From Gemmatimonadota bacterium (lineage in GTDB: Bacteria > Gemmatimonadota > Gemmatimonadetes > Gemmatimonadales > Gemmatimonadaceae): a stretch of 39,634 nucleotides of DNA. Positions 9,227-17,660 of this stretch are shown one piece after another. The stretch spans positions 1 to 39,634 of the forward strand of contig JAEKKK010000058.1 in the NCBI GenBank assembly GCA_019510405.1, written 5' to 3'. The first letter of the stretch is position 1, and each line of letters opens with the position of its first letter. The translations under genes and the position numbers were made by a program. The notes under the pieces are model-generated. The model did not search any database. It was not told the origin of the DNA and worked only from the letters and a program-made list of their open reading frames with translations.

Positions 9227-9412
9227 TCAGTGACAGCGCCCTTCGCTCGCGATGGTGCCTCCTCGACAGAGCGAGGGATCGAACGTGTCCTTCGCGGACG
9301 TGCCGCTTGGCGCGAGTTGCGAGCGCTGGGGTGCCGTCGTTGGCTGCGCGCAGGCGGCGAGCGCGAACGTCGCGAACGTGGCGACGACAACGGCGATTGA
9401 ACGGCGGGTCAT
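9227..9412 (-). CDS. Small (61 aa) putative lipoprotein
   Basis: Internal start ATG at 9412, preceded by GGGAGG 7 nt upstream. N-terminus MTRRSIAVVVATFATFALAAC has lipobox LAAC. The mature part is short with 2 further Cys. The longer ORF-track versions (to 9721 or 10286) are antisense shadows of the GT87 gene. Confidence 0.55.
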   Translation of the reverse strand: MTRRSIAVVVATFATFALAACAQPTTAPQRSQLAPSGTSAKDTFDPSLCRGGTIASEGRCH

Positions 9413-9614
9413 GGGAATGCCTCCCGCGAAAAGAGGAAACGGCGCCGCCCAGGTGCGGGCGGTCGCCATTTCTGAGGGTCGGCACCTGCCCGCCTCGACT
9501 GTATACAAACATCTGTCGCTGATACGAGGAGCGGCTCCCGCTCGTCGTTCCGGTGCAGCGCCACGCACTCCCGGGCTCCCCGCCTCCCGTTCGCGGCGCA
9601 CCTGAACCATTCCC

Positions 9615-10856
9615 ATGCGAAGCTGGTTGGAGCGCGTCCTTTCGGGCCCGCGCTGGCGCCTCGCGCTCGAGGCCTGGGCCATCGTCGTCGTCGCGGCCGC
9701 GCTCTGGCAGATCATCGCCAAGGTGCACCTTTACCAGTGGGACGTGATCGTCTACTGGTGGGGCGGACGCGCCTTCGCGCACGGGCTGTCGCCCTACGGC
9801 GCCATCCCTGGACAGCCGGAGTACCTCCACTTCGTCTATCCGCCGATCGTCGCGCCGCTGTTCGCGCCACTCGCGATCCTCAAGCCGAGCGTCGCGAAGC
9901 TGCTCTGGATCGCCCTCAAGGCGCTGGCGTTCTGGATCACCGTGCGCCTCTGGCGACGCGCGCTCGGCACCGAACAGCACGTCGTGCCGCCCGTCTTCTT
10001 CTTCACGTTCGCCTTCGGCTCGGCGGCACTCGTCGACTTCACCGCGGGCAACATCGCGGTGTTCGAGCAGCTCGTGCTGTGGCTCGCCTTCGCGGCGCTG
10101 CTCGCCCATCGCCGCTGGACGTTCGCGCTCCTCGTGGTGCTGGCGGCGCAGTGCAAGCTGACGCCCGTATTCTTCCTCGGGCTTCTCCTCGTCATCGACG
10201 AGCGGCCGCATTGGAAGCCCTTCCTCGGCGGCGGCGCGCTGATGGGGGCCCTCGTCGGCGCGAACGTCGTGCTCTTCCCGTCGCAAACGCAGGAGTTCCG
10301 CGCCGGAGTATCGGCGCTCGCCGAACGGGGGTGGGGCGATCCTTCCACGCTCGGCGTCATGCAGGATCTCGTCGACCAGCTGCGCGGGCTACAGCTCCCC
10401 TTGCCGGAAGTGATGGGTTACGTGCTCTATCTCGCCGCCGTGGCGTACATCCTCGCGCAGACGCTGCGCTGGTGGCGCGCGCAGCGCACGGCGGGCGCGG
10501 TGCGCCCCGTCGAGATCGTGCTCGTCACGCTCGCCACGTACGCGCTCGTGATGCCCCGAATGAAGGATTACTCGTACGTCGCGCTGCTCCCGGTCGCGTG
10601 GTACGCGCTGGCGGGGCGCCAGGCGGTCACCGCCTCCATCGCGGTACTCGCCGTGCTCGTGCCGCGCCCACTCCCGCAGCTCAAGCTCTGGCTGCCGCTC
10701 GTGCCACAGCCGTACGTCTACGCGCCGCTGCTCGCGGCCCTGGTGCTGTGGACGATGCTCACGACCATCGATCGCGACGCGGTGGTCGCCGCGCGCACCT
10801 CGATGACGGACAACGACCGGATATCAGGCGAGCCGCGCGCGATCAGCGCAGCGTGA
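9615..10856 (+). CDS. Polytopic membrane glycosyltransferase, GT87/DUF2029-like
   Basis: About 10 TM helices. The N-terminal signature is typical of DUF2029 mannosyltransferase-like proteins (WDVIVYWWGGRAFAHGLSPYG...HFVYPPIVAPLFAPL). Its 3' end overlaps the convergent TPR gene by 14 nt. Confidence 0.7.
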   Translation: MRSWLERVLSGPRWRLALEAWAIVVVAAALWQIIAKVHLYQWDVIVYWWGGRAFAHGLSPYGAIPGQPEYLHFVYPPIVAPLFAPLAILKPSVAKLLWIALKALAFWITVRLWRRALGTEQHVVPPVFFFTFAFGSAALVDFTAGNIAVFEQLVLWLAFAALLAHRRWTFALLVVLAAQCKLTPVFFLGLLLVIDERPHWKPFLGGGALMGALVGANVVLFPSQTQEFRAGVSALAERGWGDPSTLGVMQDLVDQLRGLQLPLPEVMGYVLYLAAVAYILAQTLRWWRAQRTAGAVRPVEIVLVTLATYALVMPRMKDYSYVALLPVAWYALAGRQAVTASIAVLAVLVPRPLPQLKLWLPLVPQPYVYAPLLAALVLWTMLTTIDRDAVVAARTSMTDNDRISGEPRAISAA

Positions 10857-11931
10857 GGCGCATCGCCATGCCATCCGCCGTCGGAACCAGGGCGGCGGAG
10901 AGGCGCTGCTCGCGCTGGTTCGAATGGCGCGCGTAGACGAACGCTTCCACCGCGCTGGTGAGAGCGATCGCACCCGCCACGGCCAACCCCGCCGTCTGGT
11001 ACGGCTTTCCCTGCACCTGTCGCGTCGCTTCGTATGGCGGGAGCGGATTGCCGAATGGGTCCTTCGCATCGGTCACCATATAGCGCTCGGTCACGTCACC
11101 GGACTTGAGCGCGTACGCCACCGCGCCTCCCGCTACGGCCAGCGTCGTCAGACCGAACAGCTTTCTCCCCGTGTACATCTGACCAGCTCCTGGAACGACG
11201 AGACCGAGGCTGAGCGCGGCGCTGGGTGAGAGCGGCGTGGCGCGCAATCCGGTGATCCGTGCGAGCACCGTCTGCCGGTCCTCGGCCTCGGGCCGCAGCC
11301 GCAGATATTGCTGGAAATCGGCGATCGCCAGCTCGCGCTGTCCGCGCGCCGCGTTGGCGAGACCTCGATCGTAGTACGCGTCCGCCCAGTCGGGCTGCGC
11401 GGCGATGGCGCTGCCGAATGCCGTCGCCGCCTGCGCGAACCGCCCCGCGTCGTACGCGGCGGCGCCGGTTCGGAACGGCGCCAGCACCTGCTCGGACACG
11501 GTCGCCTGCGCAGGGCCGCCCAGAGCGCTGATCCGCTCGCGCGCTTCGGCCACCTCGGGCGCCGTCGGAGCCAGCGCAACGAAGCGGCAGTACTCCTTCT
11601 TCGCATCATCGCCGGCGCCGACTCCTTCCTGCGCGCGCGCGAGCTGATACGCGAGGTCGGGATTCGTCGGATCCATTGCCGCCGCCTGGCGAAGCTGATC
11701 GCGCGCCGCGATGCGGTCGCCGAGGATCGCCGACTGCTGCGCGCGCTGCGCCAGCTCACGGGCGGCACGACGCTGCTCGGGGGTGGCGGCGCGTGCAGCA
11801 GTCGGCGGCGTACAGGCCGGCCTCGCCGCGATCGCCGGGAGGCCACGCTTGAGTGGGACGCGCGCTTGCGCCCCAACCGTCTCGGCGAGAAGCAACTCGG
11901 CGGCGAGGGTGACGACGAGGAGGACGCGCAT
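10843..11931 (-). CDS. Secreted TPR-repeat protein with C-terminal membrane anchor (PGxGQxY motif)
   Basis: Start is ATG at 11931, sharing one base with the stop of the upstream Big_2 gene (TGATG). Signal peptide is MRVLLVVTLAAELLLAETVGAQA. TPR-like units are present (ARDQLRQAAAMDPTNPDLAYQLA, AQPDWADAYYDRGLANAARGQRELAIADFQQYLRLRPE). The C-terminus has hydrophobic segments around LVVPGAGQMYTGRKLFGLTTLAVAGGAVAYAL and AGLAVAGAIALTSAVEAFVYA. Confidence 0.8.
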   Translation of the reverse strand: MRVLLVVTLAAELLLAETVGAQARVPLKRGLPAIAARPACTPPTAARAATPEQRRAARELAQRAQQSAILGDRIAARDQLRQAAAMDPTNPDLAYQLARAQEGVGAGDDAKKEYCRFVALAPTAPEVAEARERISALGGPAQATVSEQVLAPFRTGAAAYDAGRFAQAATAFGSAIAAQPDWADAYYDRGLANAARGQRELAIADFQQYLRLRPEAEDRQTVLARITGLRATPLSPSAALSLGLVVPGAGQMYTGRKLFGLTTLAVAGGAVAYALKSGDVTERYMVTDAKDPFGNPLPPYEATRQVQGKPYQTAGLAVAGAIALTSAVEAFVYARHSNQREQRLSAALVPTADGMAMRLTLR

Positions 11932-14084
11932 CACTTCACGTTGATCTGCACGGAGCCCGTCTTGCCACCGATCAGCGCGGTCTGAGCCTTGATCGTCACG
12001 TTGCCCGACTTCTTCCCAGTCACCAGCCCCGACGTCGACGACACGGTCGCCACAGTCGTGTTGGAGCTCGTCCAGATGAAGCTTTGATTCGGCACCGGAT
12101 TCCCCTTGCTGTCGAAGGCAGTGGCGGTGAGCTGCATCGTGTTTCCCGCCTTCAAGTTGTTCGACGGCGCCGTGACGGTCACGCTCGCCACCGCGCCGGG
12201 ATTGACCGTGATCGTCGCCGTGCCGCTCACATTGCCGATGCTGGCGGTGATCGTCGCCGGCCCCGCCTTCGACGTCGTCACGTCCGCCGTCACGTTTCCG
12301 GTCGACTTCGGCGATGCTACTTGTACATCGGACGACGTCCACGTGACAGTGCTGTTCGTCACGGGATTGCCGAGCGCGTCCAGCACGGTAGCCGTCAGCT
12401 GCACCACCTGCCCCGCCGTCGCATTGGAGCTCGAGGGGCTGATGGTGATCGACGCGATCGCCGGAGGCGTCACGGTCACTGCCGACGAGCCGGTCTTTCC
12501 TCCACTCGAGGCGTCGATCGTCGTGCTTCCCACACCGACCGCCGTCACGGCGCCGGTGTTCGCGTCGACGCTGGCGACAGCTGGGTTTCTCGACGACCAG
12601 GAGATGCTCGGATTCGACACGGTACTTCCAGTCGCATCGACGACCGTCGCGCTCAGCGCTCCCGTCTGCCCTTGCGCGAGCGACAGCGTGGATGGGCTCA
12701 CCGTCACCGACTGTATGGGCGCGGCCGTCACGGTGATGGCCGACGTGCCGGTCGCCGCACCGCTCGTCGCGGAAATCGTCGCCGTGCCCACGCCGACTGC
12801 CGCGACGACTCCAGTCTGCGAGACCGTCGCGACCCCCGGGTTGCTCGTGCTCCAGCTGACCGGCCGATTCGTCACCACCTGGCCGTTGGCATCAGTGACC
12901 GTTGCGGTCAGCGTCGTTCCCTGACCGGCGGGGAGGGAGACCGACGCAGGGGCGACCTGTACGCGGCCCACGGGAACGAGCGTCACCGTGACGGTGGCGT
13001 TCGCGCTCTTCGTCTCGCTCGTCGCCGTGATCGTCGCAGTTCCCGGAGCGATGCCGGTCACCACCCCGGCCTGGCTGACGGTGGCGATCAGCGGGTTGCT
13101 CGTGCTCCACGACACGACGCGATCAGTCACGACCTGCCCGTTCGCATCCTTCACGGTCACCGCCAGCGTCGTGCTGGAGCCGGTCGAGACGGTCGCCGCC
13201 GTCGGCGAGAGCGTGACACTGCTCACCGGGATGTTGGACACGGTGAGCGCGGTCGTGCCGCCCACGCCATCCACCGTGGCAGTGATCGTCGCCGAGCCGG
13301 CGGCGATCGCCTTCACGGTACCGTCCGACGCCACGGTCGCGACGGCGGTGTTGGAGCTCGACCAGACGGCCGATTTGCCGGTGAGCACGTTGTCGCTGGC
13401 ATCACGGACCGAGAGCGCAAGCTGCGAGGACTGCCCGGCTACCATCGTCACCGGGTTTGGCGACACGACGACTCGCGCGACGGCTCCTTGCGCGACGGTG
13501 ATCGTCGCCGTGCTCGTCTTTCCCTCACTCGCGGCCGTGATCGTGGAGGTGCCGGGAGCGACCGCGGTGACGAGTCCAGTGGTGCTCACGGTCGCCACCG
13601 CCTGATTGCTGCTCGACCAGATGATCGCCCGGTCGCCCAGCGCGTTCCCCGCCGCGTCGAACGCCGTCGCCGAGAGCTGCGTCTTGCTGCCCACCGTCGC
13701 GTCGATCCTGCTCGGCAGGAGCACGACGTTCGCGACCGGTGTCTTCGTGACGGTGATCGTCGCGATGCCCGACTTGCCCAGGGCGTTCGCCGCGACCTGC
13801 GTCGAGCCGATGGCCAGGGCGGTGACGACGCCCGCGGCGGAGACGCTGACGATCTTGGAGTCCTGCACGGTCCAGGTGACCGCGGCGCCGGAGACGACGC
13901 TCCCCGACCCATCCTTCACCTCGGCCTGGAGGGGAAGCTGCGCGTTGAGCGAGAGCGTCGAGGTGGCCGGGCTCACGACGATCGACGCCACTTGTGGCGT
14001 CGCGTCGGGTGACGTGCTACCGCATGACCAACCAGACAGTGCGACCAGGAACACGGTCGCCAGCGTTCGTCCGATCCTCCCCAT
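11931..14084 (-). CDS. Lipoprotein with 8 tandem bacterial Ig-like (Big_2) domains (paralog A)
   Basis: Start is ATG at 14084 with AGGAG 8 nt upstream. N-terminus MGRIGRTLATVFLVALSGWSCGS is a lipoprotein-type signal. There are eight units of about 85-90 aa, each beginning V.VSP/V.LSP...L..G and ending ITVT/VTVT, with LxAxxxDxxGNxV and WxSSNxxVATV motifs typical of Big_2. Confidence 0.85.
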   Translation of the reverse strand: MGRIGRTLATVFLVALSGWSCGSTSPDATPQVASIVVSPATSTLSLNAQLPLQAEVKDGSGSVVSGAAVTWTVQDSKIVSVSAAGVVTALAIGSTQVAANALGKSGIATITVTKTPVANVVLLPSRIDATVGSKTQLSATAFDAAGNALGDRAIIWSSSNQAVATVSTTGLVTAVAPGTSTITAASEGKTSTATITVAQGAVARVVVSPNPVTMVAGQSSQLALSVRDASDNVLTGKSAVWSSSNTAVATVASDGTVKAIAAGSATITATVDGVGGTTALTVSNIPVSSVTLSPTAATVSTGSSTTLAVTVKDANGQVVTDRVVSWSTSNPLIATVSQAGVVTGIAPGTATITATSETKSANATVTVTLVPVGRVQVAPASVSLPAGQGTTLTATVTDANGQVVTNRPVSWSTSNPGVATVSQTGVVAAVGVGTATISATSGAATGTSAITVTAAPIQSVTVSPSTLSLAQGQTGALSATVVDATGSTVSNPSISWSSRNPAVASVDANTGAVTAVGVGSTTIDASSGGKTGSSAVTVTPPAIASITISPSSSNATAGQVVQLTATVLDALGNPVTNSTVTWTSSDVQVASPKSTGNVTADVTTSKAGPATITASIGNVSGTATITVNPGAVASVTVTAPSNNLKAGNTMQLTATAFDSKGNPVPNQSFIWTSSNTTVATVSSTSGLVTGKKSGNVTIKAQTALIGGKTGSVQINVK

Positions 14085-14116
14085 CTCGCCACTCCTTCCA
14101 GGTTCTGCTCTGCATC

Positions 14117-16678
14117 TCACCCGCCGGGCCGCTCGACGTAGACCGGCTTCGTTCGATGCGTCCGCGTACCATCGCCCAACTGCCCGTCGCTGTTGTAACC
14201 CCAGCAGAACGCCTCCCCCGACGCCGTCGCGCCACACGTGTGCGAACCGAATGCGCGGACGGTGACGAAGGTGTGGCCGCCGGCGACCCTCACCGGCTCC
14301 CCGCTGTCCGAGGTCCCTCCATTGCCGAGCTGACCATATGTGTTACGACCCCAGCACCACGCCTCACCCTCCGTCGTGACGGCACAGGTGTGCACCGCAC
14401 CAGCGGCGATCGCCACGAAATGCTCGTCGCTCCGCACCCGCACCGGCGTCGAGCGCGGGGAGGTGCTCCCGTCGCCGAGCTCGCCGCTCGCGTTCCGCCC
14501 CCAGCAATACGCCTCACCGGTGGGCGTGACGCCGCAGGTGTGCGCGCTACCAGCCGTGATCGCCCGGAATTCGATGTTTCCCTGCACCGGCACGGGCTGA
14601 CGACGATCGCCGTTGGTCCCGTCTCCAAGCTGGCCTGCCGAGTTGTCCCCCCAACACATCGCCCGCCCGCTTTCCGTCAGGCCGCAGGTGAAGTTCCACC
14701 CCACGTCGAGACTCGTGAACCGCTGGGGCCCTGCCACGGCGACGGGCGACGAGCGGTCGATGGTCCCACCGTCGCCGAGCTGTCCGTGTGCGTCCGAGCC
14801 CCAGCACCACGCGACGCCATCCAGCTCCAGGCCGCAGGTGTGTGCTGCTCCGGCCGCTATTGCGCGAAATGCGTGCCCTGCCGCAGCACGCACCGGGGAG
14901 TTGTGGGCGCTCTGGGTGCGGTCGCCCAGCTGGCCGTGGTCGTTCTCCCCCCAGCACCAGAGCGAGCCTCCGCGCGCGATCGCGCAGCTGTGCGAGAGCC
15001 CTGGTGCGACGGCCACGAATCGAAGCTCGGACCCGACGGACGCCGGGGTCGAGAGCCGCGTGCTCCCTCCCGTTCCGAGCTGCCCTTCGTCGTTGCCCCC
15101 CCAGCAGAACATGCGGCCATCCGCCGATACGAGGCACGTGTGCAGTCCGCCCGTCACGATGCTCATACGAGGGCGTGCCGGAGCCGCGATCACCGCCGGC
15201 GCCGACGCCGGTGCGATGGCTGGCGGCTTCACTGCCGGCTTCGCGGCGGTTGGCGTCGGCCGCGGGACGGAGGCCGGTGGACTCGCATCGAGCTGGACGC
15301 CGACTGGAGCATCGGGCGCTCCGCTCGCCGTGGCGGCGGACGACTCGGGCGCCGCCAGTGCCGCCGCGACGGACAGCGACTCGGGAAGCGCCGACGGGCC
15401 TGAAGCCAAAGAATCCGAATCCGCGTGAATGCTCGCCCCCGAAGCGGCTGGCTTGCCGATCTCGCCACTCGACGCCGCCCGCGTCGCGGGGGGCTTGGTG
15501 GGGGGCGCGACGTTCGGCCTCCCCTCCACCTGGGTGGCGAGAAAGCCGAGGCCGGCGAGGCCGACGAGGCCGGCGGCGGCCAGCGTGATCTGACGCCGCG
15601 TGAACGGCAGGCGCCGCGCCGGCGGGAGCTCCTCCAGCTCGCCCGGCGAGAAGTACGCCCCAACGAAGTTCGGCGCGAGCGAGGTCGTGCCGACGTCCAC
15701 CGGCTGGACGACCGCGGGCTGGGGCGCCGTGGGCTCGATCGGCGCCGGCGTGGCTGCCTGTCCCCGCGGCGTGATCGCATTGCGTACGAAGCGCACGGTC
15801 TCCGTGCTCACGGGCACGTGCGCCTTGGCTGCGCGCGAGGGCGCCACGCCGTCGAGCGCTGCGATCAACTCGTCCATCGACTGCCAACGCGCCGAGGGAT
15901 CCTTCTCGATCGCTCCTGCAATGACGTCGGCGATCTCGTCGGACACGTCGGGGCGCATGTCGCGCACGTCAGGCAGCTCGTGATGCCGCTGGTGATACAG
16001 AACGGCGTAGAGGCTCTCGCCTTCCCACGGCCGATGCCCGGTGAACATCTCCCACGCCACGAGCCCGAGGCTGTAGATGTCGCCGCGTCCGTCGAGGTCC
16101 GTCCCGTCGATCTGCTCCGGCGACATGTACGAGGGCGTCCCGATCGCGACACCGTGCATCGTCAGCTGCGTGTCACTCGACATGGAGCGCGCCACGCCGA
16201 AGTCGGCGAGCAGGGCTCGCCCGTCCGCGGTGATGAAGATGTTCTCCGGCTTCACGTCGCGATGGATGATCCCCATCGCGTGCGCCGCGGACAGCGCCGA
16301 TGCCACCTCGCGCAGCACGCGCACGACGAATTCCGGCGCGAGCGGTCGCTCGTCGTGGATCACCTGCTTGAGGGTACGCCCGTTGATGTGCGTCATCACG
16401 AGCGCGATGCCGGACACACCGAGGTCGAGCACGCGGTGCACGCCGACGACGTTCGGATGCGCCAGGGAGGCGACGAAGCGCGCTTCGCGCGCGAACCGCG
16501 CCATCGCTTCCTCGTCCTCGAGGTATTTGGCGCGAATCAGCTTGATGGCGACTTCCGCCCCGCTGAGACGCTCGCGCGCGAGGTAGACGATGGCCGTACC
16601 GCCGCGGCCGATCTCGCCGAGGATCCAGTATTCGCGGTCGAGGGCAGCGAGTCCCGCCGGAATGGGCTCGCTACTCAT
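14117..16678 (-). CDS. Transmembrane Ser/Thr protein kinase with extracytoplasmic 7-bladed RCC1-repeat propeller
   Basis: Hanks kinase motifs are present (GRGGTAIVY, VAIK, HRDVKPENI, DFG, GTPSYMSPE). There is one TM segment (ITLAAAGLVGLAGLGFLATQV) and a Pro/Ala-rich linker. Seven repeats follow, of form G..H(T/S)C......G...CWG.N..GQLGDG (about 14120-15165). Confidence 0.9.
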   Translation of the reverse strand: MSSEPIPAGLAALDREYWILGEIGRGGTAIVYLARERLSGAEVAIKLIRAKYLEDEEAMARFAREARFVASLAHPNVVGVHRVLDLGVSGIALVMTHINGRTLKQVIHDERPLAPEFVVRVLREVASALSAAHAMGIIHRDVKPENIFITADGRALLADFGVARSMSSDTQLTMHGVAIGTPSYMSPEQIDGTDLDGRGDIYSLGLVAWEMFTGHRPWEGESLYAVLYHQRHHELPDVRDMRPDVSDEIADVIAGAIEKDPSARWQSMDELIAALDGVAPSRAAKAHVPVSTETVRFVRNAITPRGQAATPAPIEPTAPQPAVVQPVDVGTTSLAPNFVGAYFSPGELEELPPARRLPFTRRQITLAAAGLVGLAGLGFLATQVEGRPNVAPPTKPPATRAASSGEIGKPAASGASIHADSDSLASGPSALPESLSVAAALAAPESSAATASGAPDAPVGVQLDASPPASVPRPTPTAAKPAVKPPAIAPASAPAVIAAPARPRMSIVTGGLHTCLVSADGRMFCWGGNDEGQLGTGGSTRLSTPASVGSELRFVAVAPGLSHSCAIARGGSLWCWGENDHGQLGDRTQSAHNSPVRAAAGHAFRAIAAGAAHTCGLELDGVAWCWGSDAHGQLGDGGTIDRSSPVAVAGPQRFTSLDVGWNFTCGLTESGRAMCWGDNSAGQLGDGTNGDRRQPVPVQGNIEFRAITAGSAHTCGVTPTGEAYCWGRNASGELGDGSTSPRSTPVRVRSDEHFVAIAAGAVHTCAVTTEGEAWCWGRNTYGQLGNGGTSDSGEPVRVAGGHTFVTVRAFGSHTCGATASGEAFCWGYNSDGQLGDGTRTHRTKPVYVERPGG
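14120..15165 (-). repeat. Coding tandem repeat: 7 RCC1 blades of about 50-53 aa each
   Basis: Periodic recurrence of HTC...CWG.N..GQLG in the translated C-terminus of the kinase. The corresponding nucleotide periodicity is about 150-160 nt. Confidence 0.8.
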
Positions 16679-16680
16679 CG

Positions 16681-16717
16681 GCGGATGCCGGACGTGTCTA
16701 AATGCTGCGGCATCCGC
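16681..16717 (-). promoter_or_regulatory. Intercistronic stem-loop abutting the kinase start codon
   Basis: Perfect 10-bp inverted repeat GCGGATGCCG (16681-16690) / CGGCATCCGC (16708-16717) with a 17-nt AT-richer loop. On the mRNA the 3' arm ends 2 nt before the kinase ATG (16678). No Shine-Dalgarno is visible for the kinase. Confidence 0.45.
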
Positions 16718-16730
16718 CTCCGGCCGACGT

Positions 16731-17417
16731 TCAGTGCGCGTGGAAGCGCAACACGACCTCGCCGAGCTCGATGCGGTCGCCGTCGGAGAGCTGGCGCTCG
16801 CCGTCCAGGTTCGAAAGCTCCTGGTCGTTCACCACGACGGGATTCGTCTTCGAGAGGTTGGCGACGGCCCATTTGCCCGCGGAGAAGGCGAGGCGGGCAT
16901 GCTGGCGGCTGACCGTGCTCGAGTTGAGCGCGATGTGCTGCGGGGACCGGCCCGGATTGCGGCCGAGGATGAGCTGAGGCTGCTGCCCCTGGACCCGAAC
17001 GAACCGGATCTCCTGATGGCGGCTGTCGCCGCTGAGAACCTCCAGGTGGCCCGGGAGCAGCTGCACCACGTCGTCGTTGGGCCGCTGGAAGCGCACCGTC
17101 TCACTCGTCGCCGAAACCTGGCTCTCGCCGTCGAGGCTCGTGGGAATCCCGATCGTCCGCTCGGCCGCCACGCGTGGCGGAACGGCGGTCGTCATCGGCG
17201 GCGCGAAGCTCGAAAAGGGTGCCTGCGCGGGTGCATGCCCGGGTGCCGCGGGCGCGTCCTGTGCCGAAAGGGTCGACTCCCAGGCGATCCCGGAGTTCAT
17301 CGGGAACACCAGCGGGATGGGGCTATACGCCGTACGACGCCGGCCGCGCCACCGCACGTACAGCACGGTAGCCGCGACGGCCGCTGCGATCACGACGACG
17401 GCGACAACGAAGATCAC
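16731..17417 (-). CDS. Membrane-anchored FHA-domain protein
   Basis: GTG start and N-terminal TM helix (IFVVAVVVIAAAVAATVLYV). The C-terminal FHA domain reads LILGRNPGRSPQHIALNSSTVSRQHARLAFSAGKWAVANLSKTNPVVVNDQEL...GDRIELGEVVLRF. It lies 52 nt upstream of the kinase gene. Confidence 0.85.
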   Translation of the reverse strand: MIFVVAVVVIAAAVAATVLYVRWRGRRRTAYSPIPLVFPMNSGIAWESTLSAQDAPAAPGHAPAQAPFSSFAPPMTTAVPPRVAAERTIGIPTSLDGESQVSATSETVRFQRPNDDVVQLLPGHLEVLSGDSRHQEIRFVRVQGQQPQLILGRNPGRSPQHIALNSSTVSRQHARLAFSAGKWAVANLSKTNPVVVNDQELSNLDGERQLSDGDRIELGEVVLRFHAH

Positions 17418-17660
17418 GAAAAGAGCGGGGTGAGGGTTGGTCCTTTACGAAGACTGGCGGCCTCCACCAGAAAGGCAAGAGGTGTTCCCTCGGCCGGTCT
17501 CGAATACACCACAAGTCCCCGTGCGTGCGATTCGTCGCATCGGGGATCCGGCTAAAGGTCGAGCTCGCATGACGCAACCTGAGCTCTTCAAGGCTTTTGG
17601 CTACCGATCCCCTGCGAAAAGCCGGCCGCCGGACCCGGGTCCCGCCCAAGCTCGAAGGAG

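Noticed and set aside
9189-10286. 365-aa minus-strand ORF and 399-aa plus-strand alternative frame (9737-10936) over the GT87-like gene.
   Set aside because: Both give charged, Arg-rich nonsense sequence. The 9615-10856 frame gives a coherent polytopic membrane protein with the DUF2029-type signature.
11931-14084. Regular periodicity of about 260 nt that could be mistaken for a CRISPR-like or satellite array.
   Set aside because: The repeats are diverged protein-domain repeats (Big_2) in one continuous ORF. There are no identical short direct repeats with unique spacers.
12084-14265. Long plus-strand ORFs opposite the 8x Big_2 gene (12084-14012, 12106-12924, 12988-13605, 13606-14265). Analogous ones lie opposite paralogs B-D (23392-24357, 24714-25148, 25316-25771).
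   Set aside because: They are mirror-image shadows of Thr/Val/Ala/Ser/Gly-rich Ig-domain coding sequence. They lack a Shine-Dalgarno or signal logic and have lower GC3 than the minus-strand frame. The minus-strand products have clear domain structure.
13994-16912. ORFs overlapping the kinase gene in other frames or on the other strand (13994-15403, 14547-15887, 14613-15428, 15425-16912).
   Set aside because: They are shadow ORFs. The 14117-16678 minus frame carries the complete set of Hanks kinase motifs and seven RCC1 blades.
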